From the NCBI GenBank assembly GCA_963797555.1, contig CAWCPV010000006.1, positions 1 through 64,000 on the forward strand: DNA of 64,000 bases, given 5' to 3'. This DNA is from an uncultured Gammaproteobacteria bacterium. Its GTDB lineage: Bacteria > Pseudomonadota > Gammaproteobacteria > CAWCPV01. A model generated the notes under the pieces. It searched no databases. It was given only the letters and a program-made list of their open reading frames with translations, and was not told the origin of the DNA. Of this stretch, positions 19,558 through 29,966 are shown one piece after another; the first letter of the stretch is position 1; each line of letters starts with the position of its first letter. The translations under genes and the position numbers were made by a program.

Positions 19558-21054
19558 TTACTGCGGATAGATCACGAGGTGTCGCAGGGGCTCGCTGCCC
19601 ACGCTCTCCGCGACCAGGCGATGCCGAGCCACGATGCGGTGCTGCAGCCGTCGCAGCGCGGATCGGCGCGGCGCCAAATCCACCCCTAGCCCATCGGCCA
19701 TCACGCGCTGCACCGCTTCTTCCGCCTCACGCACCGCTGCGGCTACCTCGGTCTCGCCCAGCCCCGGCGCCATGTTGAAGAGCCCCTGCAGAAGGCGGCG
19801 GATCTGCGCCGTGGTGTTTCTCTTGACCACGTGCACTGGGACACCCCGCGTGGCAACGATCCGCTTCAGGCGTGCATCGTCGGCCCGCGAGCGCAACGCT
19901 ACCACCAAGTCCGCCCGATCCGGCTGGGACACGGTGCGTGCATCCAGCCGCAGGTCTCGCAGCACACGATCCACCGAGTCTCGGCTGAGGGCGTAGGGAT
20001 AAATGCGGGGTGACCACTCAGCTTCGGTCGGTGGAGAGCCAAGGGGCTGCCGCTCCAGGGGCTCCGGGGGCTCGCCGACCACCCCGCCAGCGCACCGGCG
20101 CTCGCTGGGCGGCTCGATACCGGACAGAAGGTCATCGACGGCGCGCGCCGTGTCGGAATGCACGACCACCTCGTCCCAGCCGGCGATTTCCACCACGGCG
20201 TCGAAGGCGGGAGGGGCCTTGCGCTCGCTGATGGTCTTCTGGGTACCGCGCAGCCGGGCCTCCTCGTCGCTCAGGGTCACCGTGTGGACCCCTCCCACCA
20301 AGTCGCAGAGGGTCGGGTTCATCACCAGATTCCGCAGAGTGTTCCCATGGGCGGTTCCGATGAGCTGCACCCCTCGCTCCGCGATGGTGCGCGCGGCCAG
20401 CGCCTCGGCCGCATTGCCAATCTCGTCCACGATGACGACCTCCGGCATGTGGTTCTCCACCGCCTCGATCATGACGGCGTGCTGGCGCTCCGGGTGGGGC
20501 ACCTGCATGCGCCGTGCGCTGCCGATGGCGGGGTGCGGGACGTCGCCGTCTCCGGCAATCTCGTTGGAAGTGTCGATCACGATGACGCGTTGACCCAGGT
20601 CATCGCCGAGCACACGGGCGATCTCGCGCAGCTTGGTGGTCTTGCCGATGCCAGGCCGACCCAGCAGGAGGATGCTCGCACCACGCTCCACGAGGTCTCG
20701 GACGAGGTCGATGGTGCCGTAGACCGCGCGCCCGACCCGCAGGGTGAGCCCGATGATCTCGTCGCGCCGATTGCGCAATGCCGAGATTCGGTGCAGGGTC
20801 CCCTCGATCCCGGCCCGATTGTCCGCCCCGAACTCGCCCACTGCTGCCACCACGTGCTCGAGGTCCGCCCGGCTCACGGGCTCGCTGGACAGGTCCAGCG
20901 CGCGATGCGGAAAGCGCGCCTGGGGACGCCGCCCCAAGTCCATCACGACCTCCAGCAGGTCCTCCTGCGGAAACCCTTGCACGGCCTCCCGCAACGCCTC
21001 GGGCAGCGTGGCCAGAAGCAACTGCAGGTCATCGGTTCGAGCCTTGGCGGTCAT
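19558..21054 (-). CDS. AAA+ ATPase with C-terminal R3H-like region (SpoIIIAA/Ycf45-like)
   Basis: Walker A LLGRPGIGKTTKLREIARVL and Walker B VIVIDTSNEIAG. Start placed at the internal ATG (MTAKARTDD) at 21054. The 130-aa upstream extension of the track ORF is Gly/Arg low-complexity. Confidence 0.6.
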   Translation of the reverse strand: MTAKARTDDLQLLLATLPEALREAVQGFPQEDLLEVVMDLGRRPQARFPHRALDLSSEPVSRADLEHVVAAVGEFGADNRAGIEGTLHRISALRNRRDEIIGLTLRVGRAVYGTIDLVRDLVERGASILLLGRPGIGKTTKLREIARVLGDDLGQRVIVIDTSNEIAGDGDVPHPAIGSARRMQVPHPERQHAVMIEAVENHMPEVVIVDEIGNAAEALAARTIAERGVQLIGTAHGNTLRNLVMNPTLCDLVGGVHTVTLSDEEARLRGTQKTISERKAPPAFDAVVEIAGWDEVVVHSDTARAVDDLLSGIEPPSERRCAGGVVGEPPEPLERQPLGSPPTEAEWSPRIYPYALSRDSVDRVLRDLRLDARTVSQPDRADLVVALRSRADDARLKRIVATRGVPVHVVKRNTTAQIRRLLQGLFNMAPGLGETEVAAAVREAEEAVQRVMADGLGVDLAPRRSALRRLQHRIVARHRLVAESVGSEPLRHLVIYPQ

Positions 21055-21089
21055 CGCGTTAGCGCGCACCCACCCTCCGGGAAGATGTC

Positions 21090-23151
21090 TCAGCCGCCCT
21101 CGGGCACGCCCTGAAGTGGTCGGACCGACTCCAGCGGCAGCACTCGCAGGCGCCGGCCTGTAGCGGCGAAGAGGGCATTGGCCACTGCGGGGGCCACCGG
21201 CGGCACACCAGGCTCGCCCACACCGCCCGGCGCATCCCTGCTTTTGAGGAGATGGACTTCCACCGCGGGGACCGTTGCCATGGTAAGCAATGGATAGTCT
21301 CTGAAGTTGCTCTGCACCACCCGGCCCTGCTCGACGGTGATCTCCCCGCACAGAGCCGCGGTCAGCCCATAGATCACCCCTCCCTCGATCTGGGCCGCGG
21401 CGGCATCCGGGTTCACGACCGTGCCGCAGTCCACCGCACACACGACCCGGTGCACGTTGATCCGCCCCTCGGGCGTGACGCTCACCTCCGCGACTTGGGC
21501 CACGAAGCTGCCAAAGGACCGGTAGGCGGCGATGCCCCGGGCCCGCCCGTCGGGCGGGCTTCGATGCCAGCCGGCCTTCTCGGCTGCCAGGTCGAGAACG
21601 GCCCGGTGCCGTGGAGAAGCCGTCAGGAGCGCGTGCCGGAAGGCGAGGGGGTCCCGTGCCGCGGCATGGGCCAGCTCATCGATGAACCCCTCTACCGCGA
21701 AGGCGTTCTGCGATGCCCCGACTGACCGCCAGGGACCGGTCGGTACCCCGGGGTCCTCCCGGACATGCTCTTCGCGAAGGTTCGGGATGTCGTACGGGAC
21801 ATCGACGCCGTCGAGCGCCAACTCGGGCCCTGCTATGCGCTGGAGCCAGGCAGTGGGTCTGCCGCCGGGGTCGAGGGCGGCGCGCAGGAAACAGCAGCTA
21901 GCGGGGCGGTAGAAATCGTGCTGCATGTCGTCACTACGCGTCCACACCACCTGCACCGGAGCCCCGGTTGCCTTCGAGACTTGCACGGCCTCCGCGACGA
22001 AGTCCTGCTCCAGGCGCCGCCCGAAGGCTCCGCCCAAGAAGGTTGTATGGACTCTTACCGCGCTGCGCGGCAGGCCGCAGATGCGCGCGGCAGCGTCCTG
22101 AGCGCCGCCCTGCGCCTGGGTGGGAACCCAGAACGTCGCAGCCGTCCGCCCGCACATGCGCGGTACAGTTCATCGGCTCCATCGGCGCGTGGGCCAGATA
22201 CGGGGTCTCGTAGAAGGCGTCGATCGGCCTTTGGCTCCGCCCGAGGGCGCCCGCCACGTCGCCGTGCTCTCGCGCCACGACGCCGCGGGACTGTGCCGCC
22301 CGCCGCAGGCTGGCGCGGATGGCGCCGCTACAGAGCTGGGCATGCGGCCCCCCGTCCCAGGCGACCTCTAGCTTTTCCCGCCCGCAGAGCGCCGGCCAGA
22401 ACGAGTCGGCCACCACCGCGATGCCGGAATCGATCTGCAGGACATCACGCACGCCCGGAACCGCCCGCGCCGCCCGATCGTCGAATGCGCTCATGCGACC
22501 GCCGAACACTGGGCAGCGCAGCACCGTCGCGAACAACATTCCAGGCACCTGTACGTCCATGCCGAACACCGTCCGGCCCGTTACCATGTCGGGAATCTCG
22601 ATGCGCGGGGCAGGCGTGCCTAGGAGGCGCCACTGGCCCGGCTCCTTCAGACGAACGACGGGCACACGCAGTTTCGCCGCGCGATCGATGAGATCCCCGT
22701 AGGCAACCATGCGCTGCGTCGGCAAGTGCCAGACCCTGCCGCGTTCGGCCCGACACTCGGCCCGGGCGACGCCCCAGAGATCCGACGCCGCCATGAGAAA
22801 CATCTCCCGGACCTCGGCACCAGCCCGCCGCAAAGGCTCCCAGGCAGCCCGCACGCTGGTGCTGCCGCCTGTGGTCTGCTCATCGAACATGCGGTTGTTG
22901 TACTGGGGATGCGCCGGCGCAAACTCGAAGTCCACCTGATCCAGGCTCACTTCCAGCTCCTCGGCCACCAGCATCGCCAGCCCGGTAACGACCCCCTGCC
23001 CCATCTCGGATCGGTCGATGATCACGGTGATCGTGCCGTTGCGAGCGATCCTCACCCATGGGTTGGGGGACCAAGTGCCATCGATGACGGGCCGGCGCTT
23101 GCCACCCACGCGCCCAGTGACCCGCCGCAGCAAGTCTCTGGCCTTAGCCAC
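21090..23151 (-). pseudogene. IorB-type molybdopterin-binding aldehyde/isoquinoline oxidoreductase large subunit, disrupted by a frameshift
   Basis: Two overlapping track ORFs (21934..23151 and 21090..22157) together align colinearly with the intact 711-aa paralogue at 40012..42147. The frame breaks near 22120-22135: …[17 protein letters not shown] then shifts, continuing in another frame as WVPTQAQGG…. One extra nucleotide (GTTCTGGGTT versus the expected GTTTGGGTT) explains the shift. Confidence 0.6.
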
Positions 23152-23614
23152 CGCCGCGAGACCCGGCGATTCGCGCGGCGCGATGAATGGCCCGGCGGAT
23201 CCTGTGGTAGGTCCCGCAGCGGCAGAGTACCGCCGACATCACCGCATCGATGTCGGCGTCGGTGGGCGTTGGGATGTCGCCCAACAGCGCGGCGGCGGCC
23301 ATGATCTGTCCGGTCTGACAGTACCCGCACTGCGGAGCCTGTTCGGCGATCCAAGCCTGGATGAGAGGATGATCCGGCTGCCGCGCCAGCCCCTCAATGG
23401 TGGTGATGGCCTGGCCCGCCACCTCCGCAACCGGAGTGACGCACGAGCGTACAGGCCGCCCCGCGGCCAGCACGGTGCAAATCCCGCAGACGCCCACCCC
23501 GCACCCGTACTTGGTGCCCTTGAGGCCGAGGGTGTCGCGCAGCACCCACAGCAGAGGGACGTCCGGGTCGGTCTGAACCTCGACGCGCTCACCGTTCATC
23601 TCCAGCGTCATCAC
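23144..23614 (-). CDS. (2Fe-2S)-binding small subunit of Mo-hydroxylase (IorA-like)
   Basis: [18 protein letters not shown]…CGYCQTGQIMAAAALL and CRCGTY motifs. Paralogue of 42149..42658. Confidence 0.8.
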   Translation of the reverse strand: MMTLEMNGERVEVQTDPDVPLLWVLRDTLGLKGTKYGCGVGVCGICTVLAAGRPVRSCVTPVAEVAGQAITTIEGLARQPDHPLIQAWIAEQAPQCGYCQTGQIMAAAALLGDIPTPTDADIDAVMSAVLCRCGTYHRIRRAIHRAARIAGSRGGG

Positions 23615-23798
23615 CTTGCGGGTCCTTCATCTGTGCCGGTATGGGCGGCTTGCCGAGGGTGTCAGTATACGACGCGGGTTCGCAAGGGTAGAGCCTGGGG
23701 GTATAGTCTCGGAGTCGAGACCGTTCGCTGAGCGGAGCATCGGGCACCAGCGTGGCGAGATCGCGCCTGCTACCCGCCCGACGCGCGCAAGGTACCGC

Positions 23799-25406
23799 AT
23801 GAGGCTCAGGGATCACAACCTTCGGCGGATTGCCCGGGAGCGTTACGACGCTCTGGTGGTCGGGGCCGGCGTCAACGGCGCCGCCGCGGCGGCGGCCTTG
23901 TCGACAGCTGGCTTAAAGGTTGCCCTGATCGACCGGGGAGACTTCGCCAGCGGCACCAGTCAGGAATCTTCAAACCTCGCCTGGGGCGGCATCAAATACC
24001 TGGAATCCCTGGATTTGCCGCTGGTCCGGCAGCTCTGCCTGGCGCGAAACGAGCTGCTGCGGCGTTACCCATCCAGTATCCGCGAGGTGAGATTCCTGGT
24101 CACGGTCCCCGCCGGCTTTCGTCGCTCGCGCCCGCTCCTGTGGTTGGGAGCCTGGCTCTACTGGCTCTTGGGCAACGGCGTTACCCGGCCTCCGCGCTGG
24201 CTGTCGAGGCGGGAAATCGAACAGCAAGAGCCGCTCATCAACGCGCAGGACGCGGCGGGAGCCCTGGAGTACTCCGATGCCCTGTTCGTGGACGGTGACG
24301 CCCGTTTCGTCTTGGGCCTGGTCAGGTCTGCCATGGACCGCGGCTGCACCGCGGTCAACTACGTGGAATCGCTCGGCGCACGACGCGGCCCAGCAGGGGT
24401 CTGGACCACCGCCGTGCGCGACCTGATTGGGGGCCGCGCCACCGAGATCCGCTCCAGGATACTCGTGAACGCCGCCGGGCCTTTCGCGGACGAGCAAAAC
24501 ACCCGCTGTGCACAGCGGACCGTACACCACCACGTGTTCTCCAAGGGCATCCACCTGATGGTAGAACCAGTCATAGCCCGACGCCGCGTCCTGGGCTTCT
24601 TCGCCAGCGACGGACGGCCGTTCTTCGCCGTCCCGCTAGGCGGCAGAACGTGTATCGGCACCACCGATACCTCCGTCGAAGGGCCTTCCGTCCGGGTTAC
24701 CGACCAGGACCGACGTTTCCTGCTGGAGAACGCCAACGCGTGCCTCAAGCTCAGCCGTCCGCTTGCGGAGGGCGATGTCATCGGCGAACGCTGCGGCGTG
24801 CGCGCGCTCGTCGTCAGGGGACGGAGCGTCGGGCATCGGGACCGGACGCTCATCTCCCGACGCCACGTCATCGAGGCCGACAGAAGGACCTCCCACGTCA
24901 CTATCTTCGGGGGAAAGCTCACGGACTGCATCAACGTGGGCAATGAGCTAGTGCAGGCGGTGGGGCGCCTCGGCCTTCCGGTGCCTTGCGGGGCTCGACG
25001 ATGGCACGGGGAAGCGCCCAGCTCGGCCCGAGAGGCATTCATGGCACAGGCCCGCGCCATGGGCGTCGACCGGCACGCGGCCTCGGGAGCGACGGAGCCG
25101 CTCGCCGCTCTCCTGTGGCGCAGATACGGCGAGGAGGCCGGCGCCCTGCTCGACGCCATCCGCAGGGACCCGCGCCAGGCGGAACCAGTCGTCGAGGGCA
25201 CCGGGTACATGCGGTGCGAACTGCAGCATGCAGCCCGGCGGGAAATGGTGGTCAAGCTCGAAGATCTATTGCGACGGCGTACGCTGGCCGCCCTGGTCAC
25301 CCGGCGGGGCAGACTGGAGGGCTCGCCCGGATTGCTCGACGCGTGTCGCCGATTGTTCGGCGATGCGGCGCAGGAGCGCCTGGACGAATATTTCCAGGGT
25401 CGTTGA
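23799..25406 (+). CDS. FAD-dependent glycerol-3-phosphate dehydrogenase family oxidoreductase (GlpD-like)
   Basis: FAD-binding motif DALVVGAGVNGAAAAAAL…DRGDFASGTSQESSNLAWGGIKYLE. Start chosen at the ATG at 23799. Confidence 0.7.
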   Translation: MRLRDHNLRRIARERYDALVVGAGVNGAAAAAALSTAGLKVALIDRGDFASGTSQESSNLAWGGIKYLESLDLPLVRQLCLARNELLRRYPSSIREVRFLVTVPAGFRRSRPLLWLGAWLYWLLGNGVTRPPRWLSRREIEQQEPLINAQDAAGALEYSDALFVDGDARFVLGLVRSAMDRGCTAVNYVESLGARRGPAGVWTTAVRDLIGGRATEIRSRILVNAAGPFADEQNTRCAQRTVHHHVFSKGIHLMVEPVIARRRVLGFFASDGRPFFAVPLGGRTCIGTTDTSVEGPSVRVTDQDRRFLLENANACLKLSRPLAEGDVIGERCGVRALVVRGRSVGHRDRTLISRRHVIEADRRTSHVTIFGGKLTDCINVGNELVQAVGRLGLPVPCGARRWHGEAPSSAREAFMAQARAMGVDRHAASGATEPLAALLWRRYGEEAGALLDAIRRDPRQAEPVVEGTGYMRCELQHAARREMVVKLEDLLRRRTLAALVTRRGRLEGSPGLLDACRRLFGDAAQERLDEYFQGR

Positions 25407-25774
25407 TCGCTCCGCGGCGCTGGCGGTAGCTGCCCCGGCGAGCGGGAGGCATGGCCGTGCGCTCCCATCACGCGACGGCCCTGCACTCGGGCTCTCCGAC
25501 GGGGCCATTGCAGTCGGTCCGGGCTTTGGCTAATCTCCACGCTGGTTCGTGACCCCGAATCTTCGTCTGAACCGGGGCGTCTGGGGGACGGGTAGGTCCC
25601 GTGGAGCTGATTTCGGCGAATGGAGAGGACGGGACCGACCAAAGGATGGCCCTGTAAAGTGCTGGGCGTTGACGTTCTCTCGGGACGGCGCGCCTATCGC
25701 CCCGACTCGGGGCCGAACGGAGGTGGCGAGGGGTTGCCCTACGACGGGAACCTTCGCGCGCGGAGTAACAAGTC

Positions 25775-26053
25775 ATGGCGAAATCGATTTACGTGGGCAA
25801 CCTGCCTTTCAACACCACGGACTCCCAGCTTCACGACCTGTTCGCGCCGCATGGCACGGTGCACTCGGCTAAGGTCATCATGGACCGAGAGACCGGACGA
25901 CCGCGGGGCTTCGGGTTCGTGGAGATGGATGACGATGCCGCCCTCGTGGCCATTCGGCAGTTGGACGGCAAAGACTTTCAAGGACGATCCCTCCGGGTGA
26001 ACGAGGCACAGCAGCGCGCTGCCGTTCCCCGTAAACCGGGTCGTCGCCCCTGA
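25775..26053 (+). CDS. RNA-binding protein with RRM domain
   Basis: RNP-2 (IYVGNL) and RNP-1 (RGFGFVEM) motifs; 92 aa. Confidence 0.85.
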   Translation: MAKSIYVGNLPFNTTDSQLHDLFAPHGTVHSAKVIMDRETGRPRGFGFVEMDDDAALVAIRQLDGKDFQGRSLRVNEAQQRAAVPRKPGRRP

Positions 26054-26081
26054 GCGCACCCGGTCCCGCCCCGGTCGTGCC

Positions 26082-26112
26082 CAGCCGGCCGCGGCGTCCC
26101 CGCGGCCGGCTG
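26082..26112 (+). terminator. GC-rich stem-loop, putative terminator after the RRM gene
   Basis: Perfect 13-bp inverted repeat CAGCCGGCCGCGG-cgtcc-CCGCGGCCGGCTG. No U-tract, which is common in high-GC genomes. Confidence 0.4.
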
Positions 26113-26198
26113 CTCGGCCCTACACGTGCGCGAACGGTAGCCGCAATGGCGTATCTTAGTCTATGGAATGGCAGACCACCCGTTGGAACCCGGCCCGT

Positions 26199-26786
26199 CT
26201 ACTGAGACAAGTAGAAGAACGCCCAATCACCATGCGAGGTGCAACGCACCGCCGCCAACAGCCTGTCGCTGGGGATCGCCTCGTGGGGGTAAACCCCCCA
26301 GATCTCGATGGAGAACCGGGTGAAAGCGGCACCTCGGCGCCAGTCGAGCGTCCATAGCGGGGCGGTGTATCCGCAGTTGGGGCATCGCCATAGCTGCATC
26401 GCACCCCCGGACCCCACAGGGGCCAAACGCGCCCAGTCTGCCACGTCACGGCGACAGGCGCGGCACCGCGGCGGTCGCATGTTCTCTGCGCCAAGCAACC
26501 GCGCCTCGGGGTACGCGGCTACATCCAATCGAACGTGACAGAACGCCTCTGCGAGGGTGGACGGGGCTGCCTCTGCTCCCGCGGGCGGATCGATGGCCAC
26601 ACGGGGCGAGCACCCCAGGAACGCCACGAGCTGCAAGAAGCTCTCGCCAGGCAAGTGGTGCACGCGCCCGGCAAGCTGGAACTCCCGTCCCAACAATCCG
26701 ATGTCTTGCAGAGCGCGGCGCAACAGGGGAACGTCCCGCGGGGCGTCCTCCGGCTCGCCGGGGTGCAGGATAAGCTTGTGGGCCAT
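26199..26786 (-). CDS. Hypothetical protein with putative Cys-X2-Cys zinc-ribbon
   Basis: 195-aa ORF with CxxC…CPNCGY motifs; no family recognised. Coding status rests on length and context only. Confidence 0.4.
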   Translation of the reverse strand: MAHKLILHPGEPEDAPRDVPLLRRALQDIGLLGREFQLAGRVHHLPGESFLQLVAFLGCSPRVAIDPPAGAEAAPSTLAEAFCHVRLDVAAYPEARLLGAENMRPPRCRACRRDVADWARLAPVGSGGAMQLWRCPNCGYTAPLWTLDWRRGAAFTRFSIEIWGVYPHEAIPSDRLLAAVRCTSHGDWAFFYLSQ

Positions 26787-26996
26787 GGCAGGGATCAGGC
26801 GGCAAAGGGTCCGATCATGCTAGCCCCGGACACGCCGCTCGCCAATCGGCTGACGGGTCCCAAGCCGCGACCCCGGCCCCCGTTCCCCATTGCCGGCACG
26901 GGTCGTCGGCGCCCATCCCTGGTTGGGCCGTCCGGAGTCTGAGAGCTGGGTGGATAGACCTGCTGCGCGTGCCCATAGCGGCGTTGCCCCGTGCTC

Positions 26997-27175
26997 GTGG
27001 CGTACCTCCGTGTACGGCACGCCTATGGGGCGTCCCGCGGACGTGCCGAGTGGCTGTCGTGCCATTCGGTCGCTCCTCGTCTGCCGACCGGATATGCGTC
27101 GTCGTTGCGCTCCGTGCGCCTCGCTCTCGGGCCGCTCGCGACGATTTCCTCACCGGCTCTGAACCGATGTTCGAG
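26997..27175 (+). repeat. Copy C of the dispersed structured repeat family
   Basis: Core GGCGTACCTCCGTGTACGGCACGCC…GGGGCGTCCCGCGGACGTGCCGAGTGGCTGTCGTGCCATTCGGTCGCTCC…CGACGATTTCCTCACCGGCTCTGAACCGATG. Its 3' end supplies the ppk2 ATG. Confidence 0.55.
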
Positions 27176-28657
27176 ACAGCGGAGCTAGGACGGCAGGTCT
27201 CCAAGGCCGATTACAAGGCCCAGGCCCCCACGTTGCGGACCGAGCTGCTGCGCGTGCAGTCGGAGCTGCGTGACGCCGATTTCCCGGTTCTCATCGTCAT
27301 CTCCGGGGTCGACGGAGCCGGTAAGGGGGAGACTATCAACCTGCTGCACACGTGGATGGACCCGCTTTACCTCGAAACCTACGCCTTCGGCCCGCCCTCG
27401 GACGAAGAGCGGGAACGCCCCGAATACTGGCGCTTCTGGCGGACCCTGCCGCCGCGCGGCCGAATCGCCATCTATTCGGGCTCCTGGTACAGCCACCCGA
27501 TTGCGGGGTGGGTACAGGGGGACATGGACGAGGCTGCCGTGACGCCGACCCTCGTCCGCATCAACACGTTCGAGAAAGAGCTGGTCGATGATGGGGCGCT
27601 CATCGTCAAGCTGTGGTTCCATCTGAGCAAAGAGGCCCAAAAGAAGCGGCTCAAGGCGCTGCAGCGCTCGCCCAAGACCAGTTGGCGGGTCACCGAGCTG
27701 GACCGTAAGCACCTCAAGACATACGACCGCTTCCGGGACGTCGCCGAGCGTGTGGTGCGGACGACGAGCACGGGGGAGGCACCCTGGCTCATCGTCGAAG
27801 GGGCCGACGAAAACTACCGCAGCCTCACCGTGGGCCAGTACTTGGTCGACCGCATCTCGGCACGTCTGTCCGGCCCGCCAGCGCGGGCTCGACAGGAGGC
27901 CGTCGCCATCACTCCGCAGACCAGCAAGGGGCAGCCCACGATACTCAGCTCCCTGGACCTGTCCAAGACGCTCCCCAAGGCCCGCTACCAGCGCCAGTTG
28001 GGCGTCTGGCAAGGGCAGCTCAACCAGCTCTGGCGCAAGGCGATCCTCAAGAAGCTATCCAGCATCCTGGTGTTCGAAGGTTGGGACGCGGCGGGAAAGG
28101 GAGGGATCATCCGGCGCATTACGCCAGCGATGGATGCACGCTACTACCAGGTCATTCCCATGGGGCCGCCGACCGACGAGGAACGTGCCCGCCACTACCT
28201 GTGGCGTTTCTGGCGCCACCTGCCCCGAGCAGGACGAGTCACCATTTTCGACCGGAGCTGGTACGGGCGGGCACTGGTGGAACGCATCGAAGGCTACGCC
28301 GCCAAAGACGAATGGATTCGCGCCTACACCGAGATCAACGACTTCGAAGAGCAGCTCACGGACCACGGTATCGTGTTGGCGAAGTACTGGATCCATATCG
28401 ATCGCGACGAGCAGCTCGCGCGTTTTCAGGCACGAGAGAACTCCCCCTTCAAGCAGCACAAGATTACCCCGGAGGACTACCGTAATCGGGAGAAGTGGGA
28501 TGAGTACGAGCAGGCGGTCAACGACGTCATCGAACGCACTACTACTCGTCATGCCCCTTGGAAGCTGATCGAGGGGAACGACAAACGCTATGCGCGCATC
28601 CGCACCTTGCAAGTGTTCTGCGAGCATTTGGAGCAAGCCCTGCAAGAGAGTCCATAA
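27167..28657 (+). CDS. ppk2: Polyphosphate kinase 2, two-domain type (polyphosphate:AMP/nucleotide phosphotransferase)
   Basis: Two tandem PPK2 domains, each with a Walker A motif (ISGVDGAGKGETI and FEGWDAAGKGGII) and lid motifs. Start at the ATG at 27167; the upstream track extension lies within the repeat. Confidence 0.85.
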   Translation: MFETAELGRQVSKADYKAQAPTLRTELLRVQSELRDADFPVLIVISGVDGAGKGETINLLHTWMDPLYLETYAFGPPSDEERERPEYWRFWRTLPPRGRIAIYSGSWYSHPIAGWVQGDMDEAAVTPTLVRINTFEKELVDDGALIVKLWFHLSKEAQKKRLKALQRSPKTSWRVTELDRKHLKTYDRFRDVAERVVRTTSTGEAPWLIVEGADENYRSLTVGQYLVDRISARLSGPPARARQEAVAITPQTSKGQPTILSSLDLSKTLPKARYQRQLGVWQGQLNQLWRKAILKKLSSILVFEGWDAAGKGGIIRRITPAMDARYYQVIPMGPPTDEERARHYLWRFWRHLPRAGRVTIFDRSWYGRALVERIEGYAAKDEWIRAYTEINDFEEQLTDHGIVLAKYWIHIDRDEQLARFQARENSPFKQHKITPEDYRNREKWDEYEQAVNDVIERTTTRHAPWKLIEGNDKRYARIRTLQVFCEHLEQALQESP

Positions 28658-28758
28658 ACCACACCGGGATCCATGGATCCTCGCGCAGAGCTTCGTGCTA
28701 GAGTACTGCGAAACCTCGCCGGCGACACCGCACCGCTTGCGGCAGCAGGAGCATCGAT

Positions 28759-29160
28759 ATGCCGAACCTCCCCCATGAAGACCGCCTCGCGGTGACGCGC
28801 ATCGTAATGAGCCTGCTGGATCAGTGGGGCGTCTCCCCCGCTGATCAGATCGCTGTCCTGGGGTTACCCGCTGGCACGCGAGTTCGTGTCCTGCGCCGCT
28901 ACCAGCAAGACACCCCCCTCCCCGACGAAGCTCCGGTAAACGAGCGCGTCGGACACGTGCTGGCCATCGGGGAGGCGCTACGGACGACCTTCCCTCGCAA
29001 CGCGCACATGGGCCCGCGCTGGATGAACCGCCCGCATCGGCGGTTCCACTTCCGCTCCCCCGTCGCCACCATGGTGCAGGACGGGGTCGAGGGCCTCGTC
29101 GCTGTTCGCTCGGACCTCGACTGCTCCTACGGCTGGTCGCAAACCGAGCCGACTTCCTAA
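28759..29160 (+). CDS. Hypothetical protein, possibly a DUF2384-like (Xre/MbcA/ParS antitoxin C-terminal) domain protein
   Basis: Middle region (VLAIGEALRTTF…PRWMNRP…) loosely resembles the toxin-binding domain of RES-Xre antitoxins. No RES toxin gene is adjacent. Confidence 0.35.
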   Translation: MPNLPHEDRLAVTRIVMSLLDQWGVSPADQIAVLGLPAGTRVRVLRRYQQDTPLPDEAPVNERVGHVLAIGEALRTTFPRNAHMGPRWMNRPHRRFHFRSPVATMVQDGVEGLVAVRSDLDCSYGWSQTEPTS

Positions 29161-29234
29161 GCGACTCCACGGCACGGCTGCCGGGGCCACAGGGCCCCCG
29201 TGAGTTTGTGGATAAAATCTGCAGCGGAGCCCGG

Positions 29235-29440
29235 CAGCGGCGTCGAGCGGTGGTCATGGCGTACCTCCCTGTACGCCACCCCTTCGGGGCATCCCGCGAC
29301 GTGCCGAATGGCTGTCCTGCCATTCGGTCGCTGCTCACCTATCGAGTTGGTGGGTGTCGTGACTTGCGCTCCGTGCGCTTCACCCTCGGGCCGCTCGCAA
29401 CAGTTGCGTCACAAGCCCTGAGCCGCGGATTGCGTCCACC
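29235..29440 (+). repeat. Copy D of the dispersed structured repeat family
   Basis: GGTGGTCATGGCGTACCTCCCTGTACGCCACCCCTTCGGGGCATCCCGCGACGTGCCGAATGGCTGTCCTGCCATTCGGTCGCTGCTC… Lies between convergent genes. Confidence 0.55.
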
Positions 29441-29462
29441 CCCACAGGCGCCGTGACGGGGC

Positions 29463-29870
29463 TCAGCCGCTCGGGCTCTTCAGCCCGTCGTGGACCGCTT
29501 CCTCGTCCGGCAGGACGCGCTCCTGGACAACGCGCCAAGCGCCGTCTTCCTCCCGCTCGATGACGACCTCTATGCCCCTGGTGTCCGCTGTACCGTCCGA
29601 CGCCTCCACGGTCTCGAGGGTCTTGAACATGACCCGGGTCGGCCTATCGACCAGGACCTTCAGCCCCCGATAGGACACGCATTTGAGAATCCCTTCCCGG
29701 AATTCATGCTCGCATTGCCTGGCCCAATCGTCGTAGCCCATGGCCTCGAAGCCAGGGACGCCCAAGACCTGCACTCGCCGGGAAACCAGGGCCATGTGCG
29801 CTTCGTAGGCCTTGTCGTTGGCAGTGCGGGCGCGCTCAGTCAAGAACCGTTTTGCGATGTCGTTTGGCAC
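29463..29870 (-). CDS. Hypothetical protein
   Basis: 135-aa ORF, non-repetitive composition. No family recognised. Confidence 0.4.
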   Translation of the reverse strand: MPNDIAKRFLTERARTANDKAYEAHMALVSRRVQVLGVPGFEAMGYDDWARQCEHEFREGILKCVSYRGLKVLVDRPTRVMFKTLETVEASDGTADTRGIEVVIEREEDGAWRVVQERVLPDEEAVHDGLKSPSG

Positions 29871-29966
29871 TCTTCACCTTCGCGCCCCGGGACGCCAACT
29901 GCCGCCCCAGAGGACCCGTTGGACACCCAGCGTGCAACCACGTCCGCAGAGGATACTGCCAGGCGG

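Noticed and set aside
21052-21441. 130-aa N-terminal extension of the AAA+/R3H ATPase ORF
   Set aside because: Gly/Arg/Pro low-complexity with no homology. The conserved protein begins at the internal ATG (MTAKARTDD…).
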